Part shown: positions 1 to 10,418 of the stretch, piece after piece
Numbering within the stretch: position 1 is the stretch's first letter
Layout of the letters: each line of letters opens with the position of its first letter
Source of the DNA: Christensenellaceae bacterium
GTDB taxonomy: Bacteria; Bacillota; Clostridia; Christensenellales; Borkfalkiaceae
Length of the DNA: 64,000 nt
NCBI GenBank assembly: GCA_045651365.1
Contig: JAZRSF010000010.1
Coordinates: 83,324-147,323, forward strand
Direction of reading: 5' to 3'
Position numbers and translations under genes: made by a program
Notes under the pieces: generated by a model
Databases searched by the model: none
What the model saw: the letters and a program-made list of their open reading frames with translations, nothing else
Told to the model about the DNA's origin: nothing

Positions 1-764
1 AACGGTGGAGCAACCTTATTTTTAACGATTTTTGCCTTAGTGTGGTTACCGTAAGCACCGTCGCTATCTTTAAGAGCGTCTGCTTTTCTAACGTCGATAC
101 GAACGCTTGCGTAGAACTTAAGCGCCTTACCACCTGCCGTAACTTCTGGGTTACCGAACATAACGCCAACCTTTTCACGAAGTTGATTGATAAAGATTAT
201 ACAAGTTTTGCTCTTGTTGGTTATTGCTGTTAATTTTCTTAATGCTTGAGACATAAGTCTTGCTTGTAGACCTACGTGGGAATCTCCCATATCCCCTTCG
301 ATTTCAGCTTTTGGGGTAAGCGCAGCAACAGAGTCTACAACGATAATATCAACTGCTTGGCTGTTTACTAAAGAAGCAGTAATATCTAAGGCTTGTTCAC
401 CCGTATCTGGTTGAGAAACGTATAATTCGTCTAGGTTAACGCCTAGATTTTTAGCATAAACAGGGTCTAAGGCGTGTTCAGCATCGACAAACGCAGCGAT
501 TCCACCTGCCTTTTGAGTTTCTGCTATGCAATGCAAAGCAACGGTGGTTTTACCTGAAGATTCAGGTCCGTAAATTTCAATAATCCTGCCTCTTGGAAGA
601 CCACCAACGCCGATAGCAAGGTCAAGAGAAAGACAACCGGTAGGCAAAACTTCGATATTGGTGTCGCCTGCCTTTTCGCCAAGACGCATAATTGCGCCCT
701 TGCCGTATTGCTTTTCTATTTGAGCCATCATTGAATCTAACGCTTTTAATTTCTTTTCATCCAT
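1..764 (-). CDS. recA: Recombinase RecA, N-terminal ~254 codons (3' end runs off the window start)
   Basis: Not in the ORF track because it is truncated by the window edge. Manual reverse-strand translation from ATG (complement of 762-764) gives [75 protein letters not shown], including the RecA Walker A GPESSGKT. An SD AAGAGG lies upstream. Confidence 0.95.
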   Translation of the reverse strand, partial: MDEKKLKALDSMMAQIEKQYGKGAIMRLGEKAGDTNIEVLPTGCLSLDLAIGVGGLPRGRIIEIYGPESSGKTTVALHCIAETQKAGGIAAFVDAEHALDPVYAKNLGVNLDELYVSQPDTGEQALDITASLVNSQAVDIIVVDSVAALTPKAEIEGDMGDSHVGLQARLMSQALRKLTAITNKSKTCIIFINQLREKVGVMFGNPEVTAGGKALKFYASVRIDVRKADALKDSDGAYGNHTKAKIVKNKVAPP

Positions 765-777
765 TTTTGTTTTCCTC

Positions 778-1977
778 TTATTTTATACTTTTAAGTTTTT
801 TTATTGCCAGAAACAGCGCAGTATTCTTTGCCGTTTCGGTTATTTCTTCTCTACTTCCGGTAAAGTTGAACTTATAGGTATGAATACCGTCTAACATACC
901 TACGGCGATAAAGCAAAGTCCCGTTTTATCGTCTTTATCGTCGGCTTTAGGGCCTGCAAACCCCGTGGTCGATATGGCTATATCAGTATTTCCCGATTTA
1001 AGTAGCCCAGCCGACATTCGGTATGCCGTTAGCGAACTAACGGCGCCCTCTTTAATAATATCTTCTAGTTTTATGTTAAGTCTTTTAGACTTACTTTCGT
1101 TAGTATATGCGACAACACCTTCGTAAACGAAGGAAGATGCACCAGGGTTAGAAATAACGCTATTTACAACCCTGCCTGCCGTAAAGGATTCTGCAGTTGA
1201 AAGTTTAAGATTTTTAATTCTTAGCAAGTCAAAGAGCCTTTCGCCAAGCGAACTATCCGTTTCGGCGTAAACTTCATCTTTTAGCCTAGATAAAAATTCC
1301 CTTGCAAATTGGTTTGCTTTTTGAGTTTCCCCCATAGCGACGATTTTATAATCGCCATAACTACAAGAGATAGAAATTTCTATATCACCACCAAACATGC
1401 TTTTAGCTAGGTTTATGGTTTGTTCTAGTTTATCTTTTGCACCAAAATACTTAAAGACTAATCTAGAAGTTTTTGTATTTAACTTCTTTTCCGTGTAAGG
1501 CGCTAGATATTTTTGACAAGCGAGATTAAATTCCTCTATTCTTTCTGGAAGAACGAACATAGCAAATCCGTTTTCTTCTAGCATAAAGCCTTGGAATGCG
1601 CCCGTAACGTTAGGAATAAGGGTTGCCTCTAACGGCATAGTTGCGTTAACAACGTCGTATTCAACGCTGTGAGCGTTTGAAACGGCATCTAAAAATTTAA
1701 GAGCGTTTTCGTTTTCGACAAGCGCAGAATCCATAACGTCGGCTATTATTTGCTTATAATCGAATGAAACCTCGCTTGAATTAACTATAACTAAATTATT
1801 AACCGAACTTTTGTATTCTTGTAGCCATCTTCTAAACGCTAAATCGTCGTTAGTTCCTAAAACGCTTACGTTAGAAGTTGGAAAGCCTGCGTGCAAAAGC
1901 GAGTTTGCGATTTTACTTATATACCCTGCATCTAACTCTGCAAGGGGTGATTTGAATAGTATAATCGCTGTTTTCAT
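778..1977 (-). CDS. cinA: CinA family competence/damage-inducible protein (PncC-type NMN amidohydrolase C-terminal domain)
   Basis: 399 aa. The C-terminal half ([13 protein letters not shown]...[20 protein letters not shown]...ISTTGFAGP) is typical of the CinA C-terminal domain. It sits directly upstream of recA, the classic Firmicutes cinA-recA order. The N-terminal domain is divergent. Confidence 0.8.
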   Translation of the reverse strand: MKTAIILFKSPLAELDAGYISKIANSLLHAGFPTSNVSVLGTNDDLAFRRWLQEYKSSVNNLVIVNSSEVSFDYKQIIADVMDSALVENENALKFLDAVSNAHSVEYDVVNATMPLEATLIPNVTGAFQGFMLEENGFAMFVLPERIEEFNLACQKYLAPYTEKKLNTKTSRLVFKYFGAKDKLEQTINLAKSMFGGDIEISISCSYGDYKIVAMGETQKANQFAREFLSRLKDEVYAETDSSLGERLFDLLRIKNLKLSTAESFTAGRVVNSVISNPGASSFVYEGVVAYTNESKSKRLNIKLEDIIKEGAVSSLTAYRMSAGLLKSGNTDIAISTTGFAGPKADDKDDKTGLCFIAVGMLDGIHTYKFNFTGSREEITETAKNTALFLAIKKLKSIK

Positions 1978-1978
1978 A

Positions 1979-2548
1979 TTACTTACTTGCTATAACTCCC
2001 TTATTTTTTATCATACATTCAACACCCGAATAAACGGTTAGAATGGTTGAAAGATAGAATGCAACTTGTCCAACGATATTAACAATATCGAAAGCGCTAC
2101 CCGTAAGGTCTAACGATACAAGTAGAATAACGATAGCAACGTCGGTTAAAAAGGTTTTAATTTTCCCCGACTTATCGGCAGCGATAACCATACCCTTATT
2201 TGATGCAACAAGCCTAAAACCACTAATGATAAGTTCTCTTGCTAAAATTACTGCAACGCATACGCCAGCCACCCATAAACTAAAGAAAAGCCCTGGAATG
2301 GTAAGCATCACGATTAGCGCAGTAGAAACTAAAACCTTGTCTGCGATAGGGTCTAAGAACTTACCAAAATCGGTAACTAGATTATATTTTCTTGCGATAT
2401 GACCGTCTAAAAAATCGGTAAAGGCTGCAAGAGCAAAAACTACGCATGCCAAAATATAGTTTACGGGTATCATAGTTAGATAGAATATTGCGACGAATAC
2501 AGGAATCATAAATACTCGAAGCAAGGTTAATTTGTTTGGTAAATTCAT
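1979..2548 (-). CDS. pgsA: CDP-diacylglycerol--glycerol-3-phosphate 3-phosphatidyltransferase
   Basis: 189 aa multi-TM protein. It carries the complete CDP-alcohol phosphatidyltransferase motif DGHIARKYNLVTDFGKFLDPIAD (D-G-x2-A-R-x8-G-x3-D-x3-D). Confidence 0.9.
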   Translation of the reverse strand: MNLPNKLTLLRVFMIPVFVAIFYLTMIPVNYILACVVFALAAFTDFLDGHIARKYNLVTDFGKFLDPIADKVLVSTALIVMLTIPGLFFSLWVAGVCVAVILARELIISGFRLVASNKGMVIAADKSGKIKTFLTDVAIVILLVSLDLTGSAFDIVNIVGQVAFYLSTILTVYSGVECMIKNKGVIASK

Positions 2549-3861
2549 ATTTTTTCTCCGTATAAATCGTAATCGCTAAAGGTTTTAATTTTAACGTCGT
2601 AAATATTGCCGTATTCAATCTCTTCGCCACTAAAGAAATAAACTTTTCCGTCGATATCAGGGGCGTTAAAATACGCTCTGCCGTAATAGGTTAAGGAATT
2701 TTCGTCAAATCCCTCTGCAATAACCTTGACGGTTTGCCCTATTAAGGCTTTAAGATTTTCTTTAACAATTTTCTTTTGCTCTCTATAAAGGGTTTTTAAT
2801 CTTGAATTCTTAACTTTTGCTAAAACTTGGTTTGGAAGCTTATATGCAGGAGTGCCTTGTTCTTTGCTATAGGCAAAAAAGCCTGCGTTAAAGAGTTTAG
2901 CTTTTTTGATAAATTCAACTAGATTATCAAACGCCCCCTCGTCCTCTCCTGGGAAACCAGTAATAAAAGTTGAACGAATAACTATTTGAGGAATTTCCTT
3001 TCTTAACTTACCGATAAGTTGTAAATAACCTTGTCCAGTGCCTTTTCTATTCATAAGTTTAAGCACTTTATCGTCGGCGTGTTGAAGTGGAATATCTAAA
3101 TACTTAATTACTTTAGGATTGGTTTTAATTTCCTCAATTAACCTATCCGTTATCCTTTCTGGATAACAATATAGCAGTCTTATATGACAAACTGTGTCAA
3201 GTTTAGAAATTTCTCTTATTAAGTCGACAAGGTCAGTTTTTTGCGTTAGGTCTAACCCGTAACTAGTAGTATCTTGAGCAACGAGAATAAGTTCTTGAAC
3301 TTTTCCTAACCCCTTAACTTCTTCCAGCAACTTTTGTTTTTCAACCGAACGATATTTGCCACGAATTGCTGGAATCAAACAATAGGTGCAATGATTAGAA
3401 CAGCCGTCGGCTATCTTAAGGTAAGCGTAATTTTTAGTGGTTAGCACCCTTTTAGTAGTAGGTTCGCCTTTAGGAATTCCTACGGCGTTAACCCTTTCGC
3501 CTTTAAAAACTTTGTCTAATACTTTTGGTAATTCGGCGTAATCGCTAATTCCTAAAAATGCGTCTACCTCTATTAGTTCAGGGTAAACTTCTTCAATAAA
3601 CTTTTGTGGTAAACAGCCTGTTACAACTATTTTAAGACTTGGCTTTAATGCTTTTAGTCCTATCGCCCAAAGAATTTCTTCAATAGCCTCTTCCCTTGCT
3701 TTTTGTAAGAATGCGCACGTGTTGATAATTATAACGTCTGCGTTTTCGGGGTTAGAAGAAATATCGTATTCCCCTTGAAGAATACCTAGCATTTTTTCGG
3801 TATCTACTCTATTTTTATCACAGCCTAGGGAGATAACGCCAATCGTGTGTTTCTTTTGCAT
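2545..3861 (-). CDS. rimO: Radical-SAM methylthiotransferase, RimO type (ribosomal protein S12 methylthiotransferase)
   Basis: 438 aa. It has an N-terminal MTTase domain (ISLGCDKNRVDTE), a radical SAM CSNHCTYC (CxxxCxxC) motif and a C-terminal TRAM-like domain. The 4-nt overlap with pgsA and the rimO-pgsA-cinA-recA synteny fit. MiaB versus RimO was not resolved by search. Confidence 0.75.
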   Translation of the reverse strand: MQKKHTIGVISLGCDKNRVDTEKMLGILQGEYDISSNPENADVIIINTCAFLQKAREEAIEEILWAIGLKALKPSLKIVVTGCLPQKFIEEVYPELIEVDAFLGISDYAELPKVLDKVFKGERVNAVGIPKGEPTTKRVLTTKNYAYLKIADGCSNHCTYCLIPAIRGKYRSVEKQKLLEEVKGLGKVQELILVAQDTTSYGLDLTQKTDLVDLIREISKLDTVCHIRLLYCYPERITDRLIEEIKTNPKVIKYLDIPLQHADDKVLKLMNRKGTGQGYLQLIGKLRKEIPQIVIRSTFITGFPGEDEGAFDNLVEFIKKAKLFNAGFFAYSKEQGTPAYKLPNQVLAKVKNSRLKTLYREQKKIVKENLKALIGQTVKVIAEGFDENSLTYYGRAYFNAPDIDGKVYFFSGEEIEYGNIYDVKIKTFSDYDLYGEKI

Positions 3862-3869
3862 ATTAATCC

Positions 3870-6800
3870 TTAAAATTCGTCTTGTGGCGCTTCGCCGTAT
3901 TTTTCAATGAAATCTTCCCTTGATAGTAGAACTTTTCTTGGCTTACTACCCTCGATAGGTCCAACGTAGCCGTTTCTATCCATTCTATCCATAATGCCAC
4001 CAGCTTTAGAGAAACCTATACCAAAACGGCGTTGCATTGAAGAGATTGAAACCGAGCCTGCGTTTACGGCAAACCAAAGTGCTTTAACGAAAATATCGCT
4101 ATTTTCCCCACTTGCATCTCCCCCCTCGCTAGAAACAGGCATTTCAGGTTGAGGGTTAGCCGCTTTTTCTAAGAAGTCTTTTAATTCGTCGTCAAAGTAA
4201 GCGACGTTGTGCTCTTTGATATAACTTACGATATTATTCACCTCGACAGGGCTAATGAATGCACCTTGACATCTTTCAACTCCGGGCATTTGAGCGTTCT
4301 TGTAAAGCAAGTCGCCGTTACCAAGTAACTTTTCAGCACCAGCCTCGCTTAATATTGTTTGCGAGTCGGCAAAGTTCATAACCTTGAAGGCAATTCTAGA
4401 TGCAAGGTTAGCCTTAATAGTTCCCGTAATAACGTCAACCGACGGACGTTGTGTAGCCAATACAAGGTGAATACCAGCCGAACGAGCCTTTTGTGCGATA
4501 GCACAAATTCTAGCCTCTAAATCACGCTTGCAAGTTTGCATAAGGTCGGCAAGTTCATCGATTATAATAACGATACGAGGCATTTTAGCAACGGTGTCGC
4601 TTGCCACCATAGAGTTATATCCGTCTATATCAACGACTGAAGCGTTACTTTCTCTAAAAGTTTGGAAACGCCTTTGCATTTCGTCGTATGCCCACTTAAG
4701 CATTTCAATAGCCTTTTGTGGAGAGGTTATAATCTCGTCTATCATTAAATGTGGTAAATGCTCATACGTAGCAAATTCCACGCCTTTAGGGTCTACTAAG
4801 AAGAGTTTTAAGTCCTCTGGACTGTATCTCATAATTAAACTTACTATCATAGTGTTAAGACAAACCGATTTACCTGAACCGGTTGCACCTGCAACTAGAT
4901 AGTGAGGACCTTTTGCAAGGTTTTCCATAATAGCCTTGCCGACTATATCTTTACCAACGGCAAACATAAGCGAACCAGGTTTTGATTTGCCCTCTTCGGC
5001 GGCTTTTTCCATAACCTCTCTCAAACCTACCGTTTGGGCTTGCTTGTTAGCAACTTCGATACCTACTAGGTTTTTGCCAGGGATAGGTGCTTGAATACGC
5101 ACGCCTGCTTTACTAGCAAGTCTCATTCTCAAGTCGTCGTCGTATTTAAGAACGTTTCTAACCGAAATACCTGCCGGCATAGTTACTTCGTATCTAGTGA
5201 TGGCTGGGCCTTGAACGTAGTCTTGAGGCTCAACGTTAATATGGAAGTCTGCAAGCGTTTGTTTTATAATTTCTTTATTTTGCTCGTGGTCTTCGGTAGG
5301 AGCATCGATAGGTGGCTCGTATTTAGAAAGAAGGTCGAGAGGTGGACGGAAATACTCTCTATTGATTGGAATAACGGGTTTTTCCGGTTTTTCTTCTACT
5401 TGTGGCTCTACAGGCTGTTCAACAGCAAAACCCATTCTTCTACTTCTAGAATTATTGTCAGCTTCAACCCTACTAGTGTAACTAGGTTTTTCACTTTCTT
5501 CCTTAGGAGCGAGGCCTTGGTCTTGAGAAAGGAAGAAATTTCTAACCCTTTCTCTAGGAGTAGCAGGTTTTTCTTCTATTTCAACCTCGTAATCGTCTTG
5601 AGCATTTTGAATTTCTTGAGGTTGCTCCTCGCCATGCCTTTCTTCTACGATTTCCTGAATAAAATCGTCCGTTTGTTCTACTACTTCCTCTTGGAATTCT
5701 TGAGTTTCCTCTTGAACTTGGTCTGCGATAAACGGCCTAACGATTTCAGTAGGTTGCACGTCTAAGTTTTCAGTAGAGCCGTCGTCGAAATCTGCAAGGT
5801 TAGAAAACCTTGCGGCGTGACTCCCTGCGTCGTCTTTATCCAAATTTTCTTCGTGATGTTCAAAAAATGGAATATTCTCCACGGAAATTGGCGTTTCTTC
5901 TATCGCTGGTTTAACTTCTTCCACTGTGTTTTCGATAGGTTGAGTTAGTGGAGGTTTAGAAATGTAATCGGAAATCTTAGTTGAAAGTTCTTCTTTTTGA
6001 TAATAAGAAGAATTGGCAGTATTTAATGGAGCTGGTGTTTTAATATAGTTAAGCTTAGACTGCATGTCGCTAGAATACTCTTGCGAATAAGTTGATGGAC
6101 AACTTGCAACGCCTAATCCCCCCTTGGTGTAATCGACCTTTACGGATACGGATTGGTTTTCCCTGTTCTTTGAAGATTGTCTAAAATCGTCCTTACGAGG
6201 GTCTGCAACGAATAACTTTTGAACGCCGTGCGTTTCAACTGGAATGTCGATATCCACGGGATAATCTTTAACTCCTTGAAGGTTAACGTCAACGTCGGGC
6301 ATTTCCGTTTGCTTTGTTTTAACGAAAGAAGTTCTTAAACTTTGTTTTGTAAATACAGGCTTGCCGGTTTTTTCTTCAACCACGGTTTTGTAAACCATAA
6401 AGCCACAAATTGCTAATAAAATAGAAAGAACTACGTAACTTCCCACGTTTTTTAGTATTGCAGGAAAAACGTATGCAATAATAGCTGTGAAAAAACCACC
6501 ACCAGAACAAGTTGCAAATCCGTTTTCTTGAGCCATTTTGTATGAAGTTACTATATATTCGCCGTAACTACCCTCAAAAGCGTGCATTGAAATAACGTGC
6601 ACTAATAAAGCAAGAGTAATCCACGTTAGGGTTAAAAATACCTTTAGCCTAATAGAAAAGTTTAACGCTTTTCCCGTTACGCATACTAAACCGTAATAAA
6701 AAGCGTAAGCAAGAACGGCATAGGCAAAATATCCAAAGCAACCAAAAAAGAAGGTGTTAACTGCTTCACCCGGGGTAAAGAAAATATTCCCCCTAGTAAT

Positions 6801-6917
6801 TAAGCACACCAAACAAAGGGTAGAAAAAAGCATTATAACTACGCCCAAGGTCTCCTTGGTAAATATAGTTAACTTTTCTTGATTATCAGCACCGTTGCCG
6901 TTAGGTCTATTTTCCAT
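3870..6917 (-). CDS. ftsK: DNA translocase FtsK/SpoIIIE
   Basis: 1015 aa. It has N-terminal TM helices, a long acidic low-complexity linker, a motor domain with Walker A GATGSGKS, and a C-terminal gamma wHTH (SISSMQRRFGIGFSKAGGIMDRMDRNGYV). Confidence 0.92.
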   Translation of the reverse strand: MENRPNGNGADNQEKLTIFTKETLGVVIMLFSTLCLVCLITRGNIFFTPGEAVNTFFFGCFGYFAYAVLAYAFYYGLVCVTGKALNFSIRLKVFLTLTWITLALLVHVISMHAFEGSYGEYIVTSYKMAQENGFATCSGGGFFTAIIAYVFPAILKNVGSYVVLSILLAICGFMVYKTVVEEKTGKPVFTKQSLRTSFVKTKQTEMPDVDVNLQGVKDYPVDIDIPVETHGVQKLFVADPRKDDFRQSSKNRENQSVSVKVDYTKGGLGVASCPSTYSQEYSSDMQSKLNYIKTPAPLNTANSSYYQKEELSTKISDYISKPPLTQPIENTVEEVKPAIEETPISVENIPFFEHHEENLDKDDAGSHAARFSNLADFDDGSTENLDVQPTEIVRPFIADQVQEETQEFQEEVVEQTDDFIQEIVEERHGEEQPQEIQNAQDDYEVEIEEKPATPRERVRNFFLSQDQGLAPKEESEKPSYTSRVEADNNSRSRRMGFAVEQPVEPQVEEKPEKPVIPINREYFRPPLDLLSKYEPPIDAPTEDHEQNKEIIKQTLADFHINVEPQDYVQGPAITRYEVTMPAGISVRNVLKYDDDLRMRLASKAGVRIQAPIPGKNLVGIEVANKQAQTVGLREVMEKAAEEGKSKPGSLMFAVGKDIVGKAIMENLAKGPHYLVAGATGSGKSVCLNTMIVSLIMRYSPEDLKLFLVDPKGVEFATYEHLPHLMIDEIITSPQKAIEMLKWAYDEMQRRFQTFRESNASVVDIDGYNSMVASDTVAKMPRIVIIIDELADLMQTCKRDLEARICAIAQKARSAGIHLVLATQRPSVDVITGTIKANLASRIAFKVMNFADSQTILSEAGAEKLLGNGDLLYKNAQMPGVERCQGAFISPVEVNNIVSYIKEHNVAYFDDELKDFLEKAANPQPEMPVSSEGGDASGENSDIFVKALWFAVNAGSVSISSMQRRFGIGFSKAGGIMDRMDRNGYVGPIEGSKPRKVLLSREDFIEKYGEAPQDEF

Positions 6918-7073
6918 TGCGTTATATTTTACCTTTAATTATAATTATTTTCATTATACCAAAAACGCCGTATATTTACAATGCTTTAGAAAAAAATTTT
7001 TTATATTTTATATTAATTATTTTATATAATATATACTTAAGCGTGATTAATAACAGTTTGTTTTTAAAAATAA

Positions 7074-7100
7074 TTGCCGAAGGATATAATCCTTCGGCAA
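7074..7100 (-). terminator. Rho-independent terminator after the sigA-dnaG-nif3 operon
   Basis: 10-bp stem ttgccgaagg / ccttcggcaa with a 7-nt loop. A U-run follows on the minus-strand reading. It lies 26 nt downstream of the stop at 7126. Confidence 0.6.
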
Positions 7101-7125
7101 AAATACTAATTTTTAGTATTTATTT

Positions 7126-7830
7126 CTATTTTTCCACGTTTTGATATAGAAGTCTTCCACATTGGTCACACTCTATAACCTCACCGTTTTTAAGTTTGTT
7201 AAGCTCAAGCATGGAAAGTTCCATTCTGCACGCTCCACAAACCGAATCGGTAACCTCAAAAGCAATTGGGAAAATTTTGTTAGCACGCTTTTTTTCGTAT
7301 TTTTCCATAAGAGCAGGGTTAACCGACTTTTTAAGCGATTCTAATTCCTTATTGATAGCAAAAATGTCCTCTTTATAGCCTGCTTTAAGTTTATCGTATT
7401 CTTCTTTTGCTTCAGCGAATTGAACTTGAGCAGATTTGGTTTGAGTTTTTATACCTGAATATTCTTTTACTATTTTTGACGACTCTTCGCTGTTTTTATT
7501 AAGCTTTTGAACGAGTGTTTTAATTTGGTTCAATAACTCGTCTGCTTTTTTAGCAAGATAACCGACTTCGTTTTCATCCGTAGCAGAATCTATTGCTTTA
7601 GAAATATCTTCAAGCTCTTCTGCTATCTTTTTTTGTTGTTCGAAAAGACTAACGCTTTCATTTGCGACTAATTCAGCCTTGTCGTCTAGCTTGTTAACGC
7701 TGTCGTTTACGCCTTCTAGGTAAGCTTTAGCAGATGCAGCTTTCTTTTTGGCTACGCTAGAGCCTAATTCTTTTTCGATTTTACGCAATTTAGCGTCTGC
7801 GTTTTGATAAGCCAATAATTCTTTTATCAT
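7126..7830 (-). CDS. Coiled-coil protein with C-terminal C4 zinc ribbon (COG1579-like, Nif3-associated)
   Basis: 234 aa. A long heptad-like Lys/Glu-rich region ends in CGACRMELS...CDQCGRLLY (two CxxC pairs). It sits next to a Nif3 gene, as is usual for this family. Confidence 0.6.
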   Translation of the reverse strand: MIKELLAYQNADAKLRKIEKELGSSVAKKKAASAKAYLEGVNDSVNKLDDKAELVANESVSLFEQQKKIAEELEDISKAIDSATDENEVGYLAKKADELLNQIKTLVQKLNKNSEESSKIVKEYSGIKTQTKSAQVQFAEAKEEYDKLKAGYKEDIFAINKELESLKKSVNPALMEKYEKKRANKIFPIAFEVTDSVCGACRMELSMLELNKLKNGEVIECDQCGRLLYQNVEK

Positions 7831-7842
7831 AGTAGTAGTCTC

Positions 7843-8637
7843 CTATACAAATCTTTTATCTTCAAAATAATACGCTTGGACTTGGTCGTTAAAGATAGAC
7901 TTCGTCTTTTGGTAGAATTTCTTAAATCCGTAGTTTTCAGCCGAATAGTGGGTTACGACTATCATTGCTTTTCCCATTTCGACGATTTCTTTAATAACGT
8001 GATGAGGCACTTCCGAAGTAACTATTACGTCTGCCGTGCATTCGCCATTTTTAAGGGTTTTTAATGCAGTAGAACTGCCTGCGCCACAAAAAGACGCCAC
8101 CTTATTAAAGAAAAAATTTTTCTTACCATAGGTAATAACCCTATTGGTTTCTAACTCCTTTTTAACCTTTTGAGCAAGGCTAGAAAGGGTTGTTTTGTTT
8201 AGACAAAACTCTCTTCCGTATCCGTAGTTTTGATAGATTTTTTCTATAATTTTCGCATTCGTAGCACCTAGTGCCTTGGATAGATTTTCATCTATTCCGT
8301 CGTCAGCAAAATCAAGGTTAAGGTGCATAGATATAACGTTCATTTTATACTCTATCGCTTTAACGAGTGCAACTGAAGAATAATCTTCTACGCTCAACTC
8401 TTTAATAGGCGTATAAATGGCTGGGTGATGAGTAACTATGGTGTCGCAACCTAGCCTTTTTGCACGATTAACACTGGCTAACGATAGGTCGAGCGAGAAA
8501 AGAATTTTATTAATTTCGCTATGCGTGTTAACCAATATCCCACTATTATCGTAGCCACCGTTATTAACGACCTGCCGACTAATTTCAAAAGGCGCAAGGT
8601 CGTTTAATACGGAATAAACCTCATTTATCTTCAACAT
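7843..8637 (-). CDS. Nif3-like dinuclear metal centre protein (GTP cyclohydrolase 1 type 2 homologue)
   Basis: 264 aa. THHPAIY and VTHYSAE motifs frame an inserted domain. Synteny is trmK-nif3 downstream of sigA, as in Bacillus yqfN/yqfO. Confidence 0.8.
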   Translation of the reverse strand: MLKINEVYSVLNDLAPFEISRQVVNNGGYDNSGILVNTHSEINKILFSLDLSLASVNRAKRLGCDTIVTHHPAIYTPIKELSVEDYSSVALVKAIEYKMNVISMHLNLDFADDGIDENLSKALGATNAKIIEKIYQNYGYGREFCLNKTTLSSLAQKVKKELETNRVITYGKKNFFFNKVASFCGAGSSTALKTLKNGECTADVIVTSEVPHHVIKEIVEMGKAMIVVTHYSAENYGFKKFYQKTKSIFNDQVQAYYFEDKRFV

Positions 8638-9271
8638 AATTTTCTAACCTTTGAATTTCTTCTTGCATTTGCTCTTTAGTCCCTTGCTTTAACTTTTCGC
8701 CCTTCAAAAAATCCCTTAGTTTTTTTATTCTTAATTTGATTTGTTTAGTAAAAGCCGTGGGTTTTTCTTTAAGATTAGTTCTTCCAAACTCTGCCTCTTC
8801 ATCGGTTAAAGAGTCCTTTCCTTTAACTAATAGGAGCAAGTCGTAGAATATTTTCCCCGTAAAAAAAGTATAATCTTTTTGAATTTTATAACCTAACTCA
8901 ACAGCCGTTTTTCTAACCTTTTTAGTATTCTTCATAGGTTGTAAAACGATTTTTTCGGGAAGAGTTTTCGCCCTTTTTAATATTCCTACGATTTCTTCTC
9001 CACCCATACCGGCGATAAGTGCCAAATCACAATTACCAACCTTTTCAAAACCGTCGCTAACTACTGCAGTAGCTCTACCCACTTCAATTTCGTTACTTAA
9101 AAGAGCAACGGCTTTATCTAGACATTTTTGGCTAACGTCGCTAATAATAACCTTCTTGCATTTGCCACTCTCCAACATTTGCTTTGCAACGTATCCGTGG
9201 TCACAACCTATATCTGCAAAAGTTTCGCATTTAGGTAAAAGCGAAAAAATTTCTTCTAATCTTGTTTTCAT
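8621..9271 (-). CDS. trmK: tRNA (adenine(22)-N(1))-methyltransferase
   Basis: 216 aa with an N-terminal SAM-binding FADIGCDHGY, IISDV and IAGMGG motifs. It lies immediately downstream of sigA. Confidence 0.75.
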   Translation of the reverse strand: MKTRLEEIFSLLPKCETFADIGCDHGYVAKQMLESGKCKKVIISDVSQKCLDKAVALLSNEIEVGRATAVVSDGFEKVGNCDLALIAGMGGEEIVGILKRAKTLPEKIVLQPMKNTKKVRKTAVELGYKIQKDYTFFTGKIFYDLLLLVKGKDSLTDEEAEFGRTNLKEKPTAFTKQIKLRIKKLRDFLKGEKLKQGTKEQMQEEIQRLENYVEDK

Positions 9272-9272
9272 C

Positions 9273-10388
9273 TTATTCTAAAAAGTCCTTCAATCTCTTA
9301 GAACGGCTTGGATGACGAAGTTTTCTAAGTGCCTTTGCCTCTATTTGACGAATTCTTTCACGAGTAACGTTAAATTCTTTTCCAACTTCTTCTAGCGTTC
9401 TAGGTCTTCCGTCGTCTAAACCGTAACGAAGTCTTAAAACCTTTTCTTCTCTTGGGGTAAGAGTATCTAAAACGCCTAAGAGTTGTTCTTTAAGCATAGC
9501 GTAAGCAACTGCCTCTGTAGGCGCAACGCTACCTTCGTCCTCGATAAAGTCTGAAAGATGGCTATCTTCTTCTTCGCCAATCGGCGTTTCTAAAGAAACG
9601 GGGTCTTGAGCGATTTTTTGAATTTCCATAACTCTTTCTTCGGTTATACCCATTTCAACTGCGATTTCTGCAGGGTTAGGCTCTCTACCGAGCTCTTGTA
9701 AAAGTTTTCTCGAAACACGAATTAGTTTGTTAATAGTTTCAACCATGTGAACGGGAATTCTTATAGTTCTCGCTTGGTCTGCGATTGCTCTAGTGATTGC
9801 TTGGCGAATCCACCAAGTAGCGTAGGTAGAAAACTTAAAACCCTTTTGATAGTCGAATTTTTCAACGGCTTTCATAAGACCTAGGTTGCCTTCTTGAATA
9901 AGGTCTAGAAATTGCATACCTCTGCCCATATATCTTTTTGCGATAGAAACAACTAAACGAAGGTTAGCCTCGGAAAGAAGTTTTTTAGCCTCTTCGTCGC
10001 CGTCCATCATGCGCTTAGCAAGTTCGGTTTCTTCCTCTGGTTGAAGAAGAGGAACTTTACCAATATCTTTAAGATACATTTTAACGGGGTCTGCCATTCT
10101 ATCTTCTTTGAATAGCAAATCGTATAATTCTTTGTCCTTTTCGTATTCGTTTACTACTTGAATGCCCGATTTATCGAAAATTTTATAAACTTCCTCTAGT
10201 TCTTCTGGGGAAACTTGCATTTTATCTAGCTTGTCGAAAAGTTGAGAACTAGTTATACTACCAGCTTTTTTAAACTCAACTAATACGTCGCTTACAAGTC
10301 CTAAAAGTTCTTCGGAAAGAGTAACGGGCTCGTTAGGTTGTTTTTCTTCGTATTTACCACTTTCAATCAATTCCTTGATTTCATCCAT
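9273..10388 (-). CDS. sigA: Primary RNA polymerase sigma factor (sigma-70/SigA)
   Basis: 371 aa. Region 2 is [27 protein letters not shown] and region 4.2 is [30 protein letters not shown]. It follows dnaG. Confidence 0.95.
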   Translation of the reverse strand: MDEIKELIESGKYEEKQPNEPVTLSEELLGLVSDVLVEFKKAGSITSSQLFDKLDKMQVSPEELEEVYKIFDKSGIQVVNEYEKDKELYDLLFKEDRMADPVKMYLKDIGKVPLLQPEEETELAKRMMDGDEEAKKLLSEANLRLVVSIAKRYMGRGMQFLDLIQEGNLGLMKAVEKFDYQKGFKFSTYATWWIRQAITRAIADQARTIRIPVHMVETINKLIRVSRKLLQELGREPNPAEIAVEMGITEERVMEIQKIAQDPVSLETPIGEEEDSHLSDFIEDEGSVAPTEAVAYAMLKEQLLGVLDTLTPREEKVLRLRYGLDDGRPRTLEEVGKEFNVTRERIRQIEAKALRKLRHPSRSKRLKDFLE

Positions 10389-10418
10389 CAGTTTATTCCT
10401 CCTACGGTAGTTACCGTA

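Noticed and set aside
2382-2630. 82-aa minus-strand ORF spanning the pgsA/rimO junction
   Set aside because: It is an alternative frame that overlaps two well-supported genes.
4528-5765. Plus-strand ORFs inside ftsK (4528-4902, 5091-5765). Similar antisense ORFs occur inside uvrA, uvrB, dnaG, the LRR gene, wzx and others.
   Set aside because: They are antisense to genes with unambiguous conserved motifs. Their products are low-complexity or hydrophobic, and no start signals are present. This is the typical shadow of strong codon bias.
3870-6917. Roughly 330-aa acidic, Glu/Gln/Pro-rich low-complexity region in FtsK
   Set aside because: Long variable linkers between the membrane and motor domains are a normal feature of FtsK proteins. 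This is not evidence of a fusion or insertion.
6917-7144. 75-aa plus-strand ORF in the ftsK upstream region. Similar AT-rich intergenic ORFs occur at 30285-30488 and 15160-15342.
   Set aside because: They translate AT-rich promoter and terminator DNA into Ile/Phe/Tyr/Asn-rich strings. They have no SD and overlap terminator hairpins.
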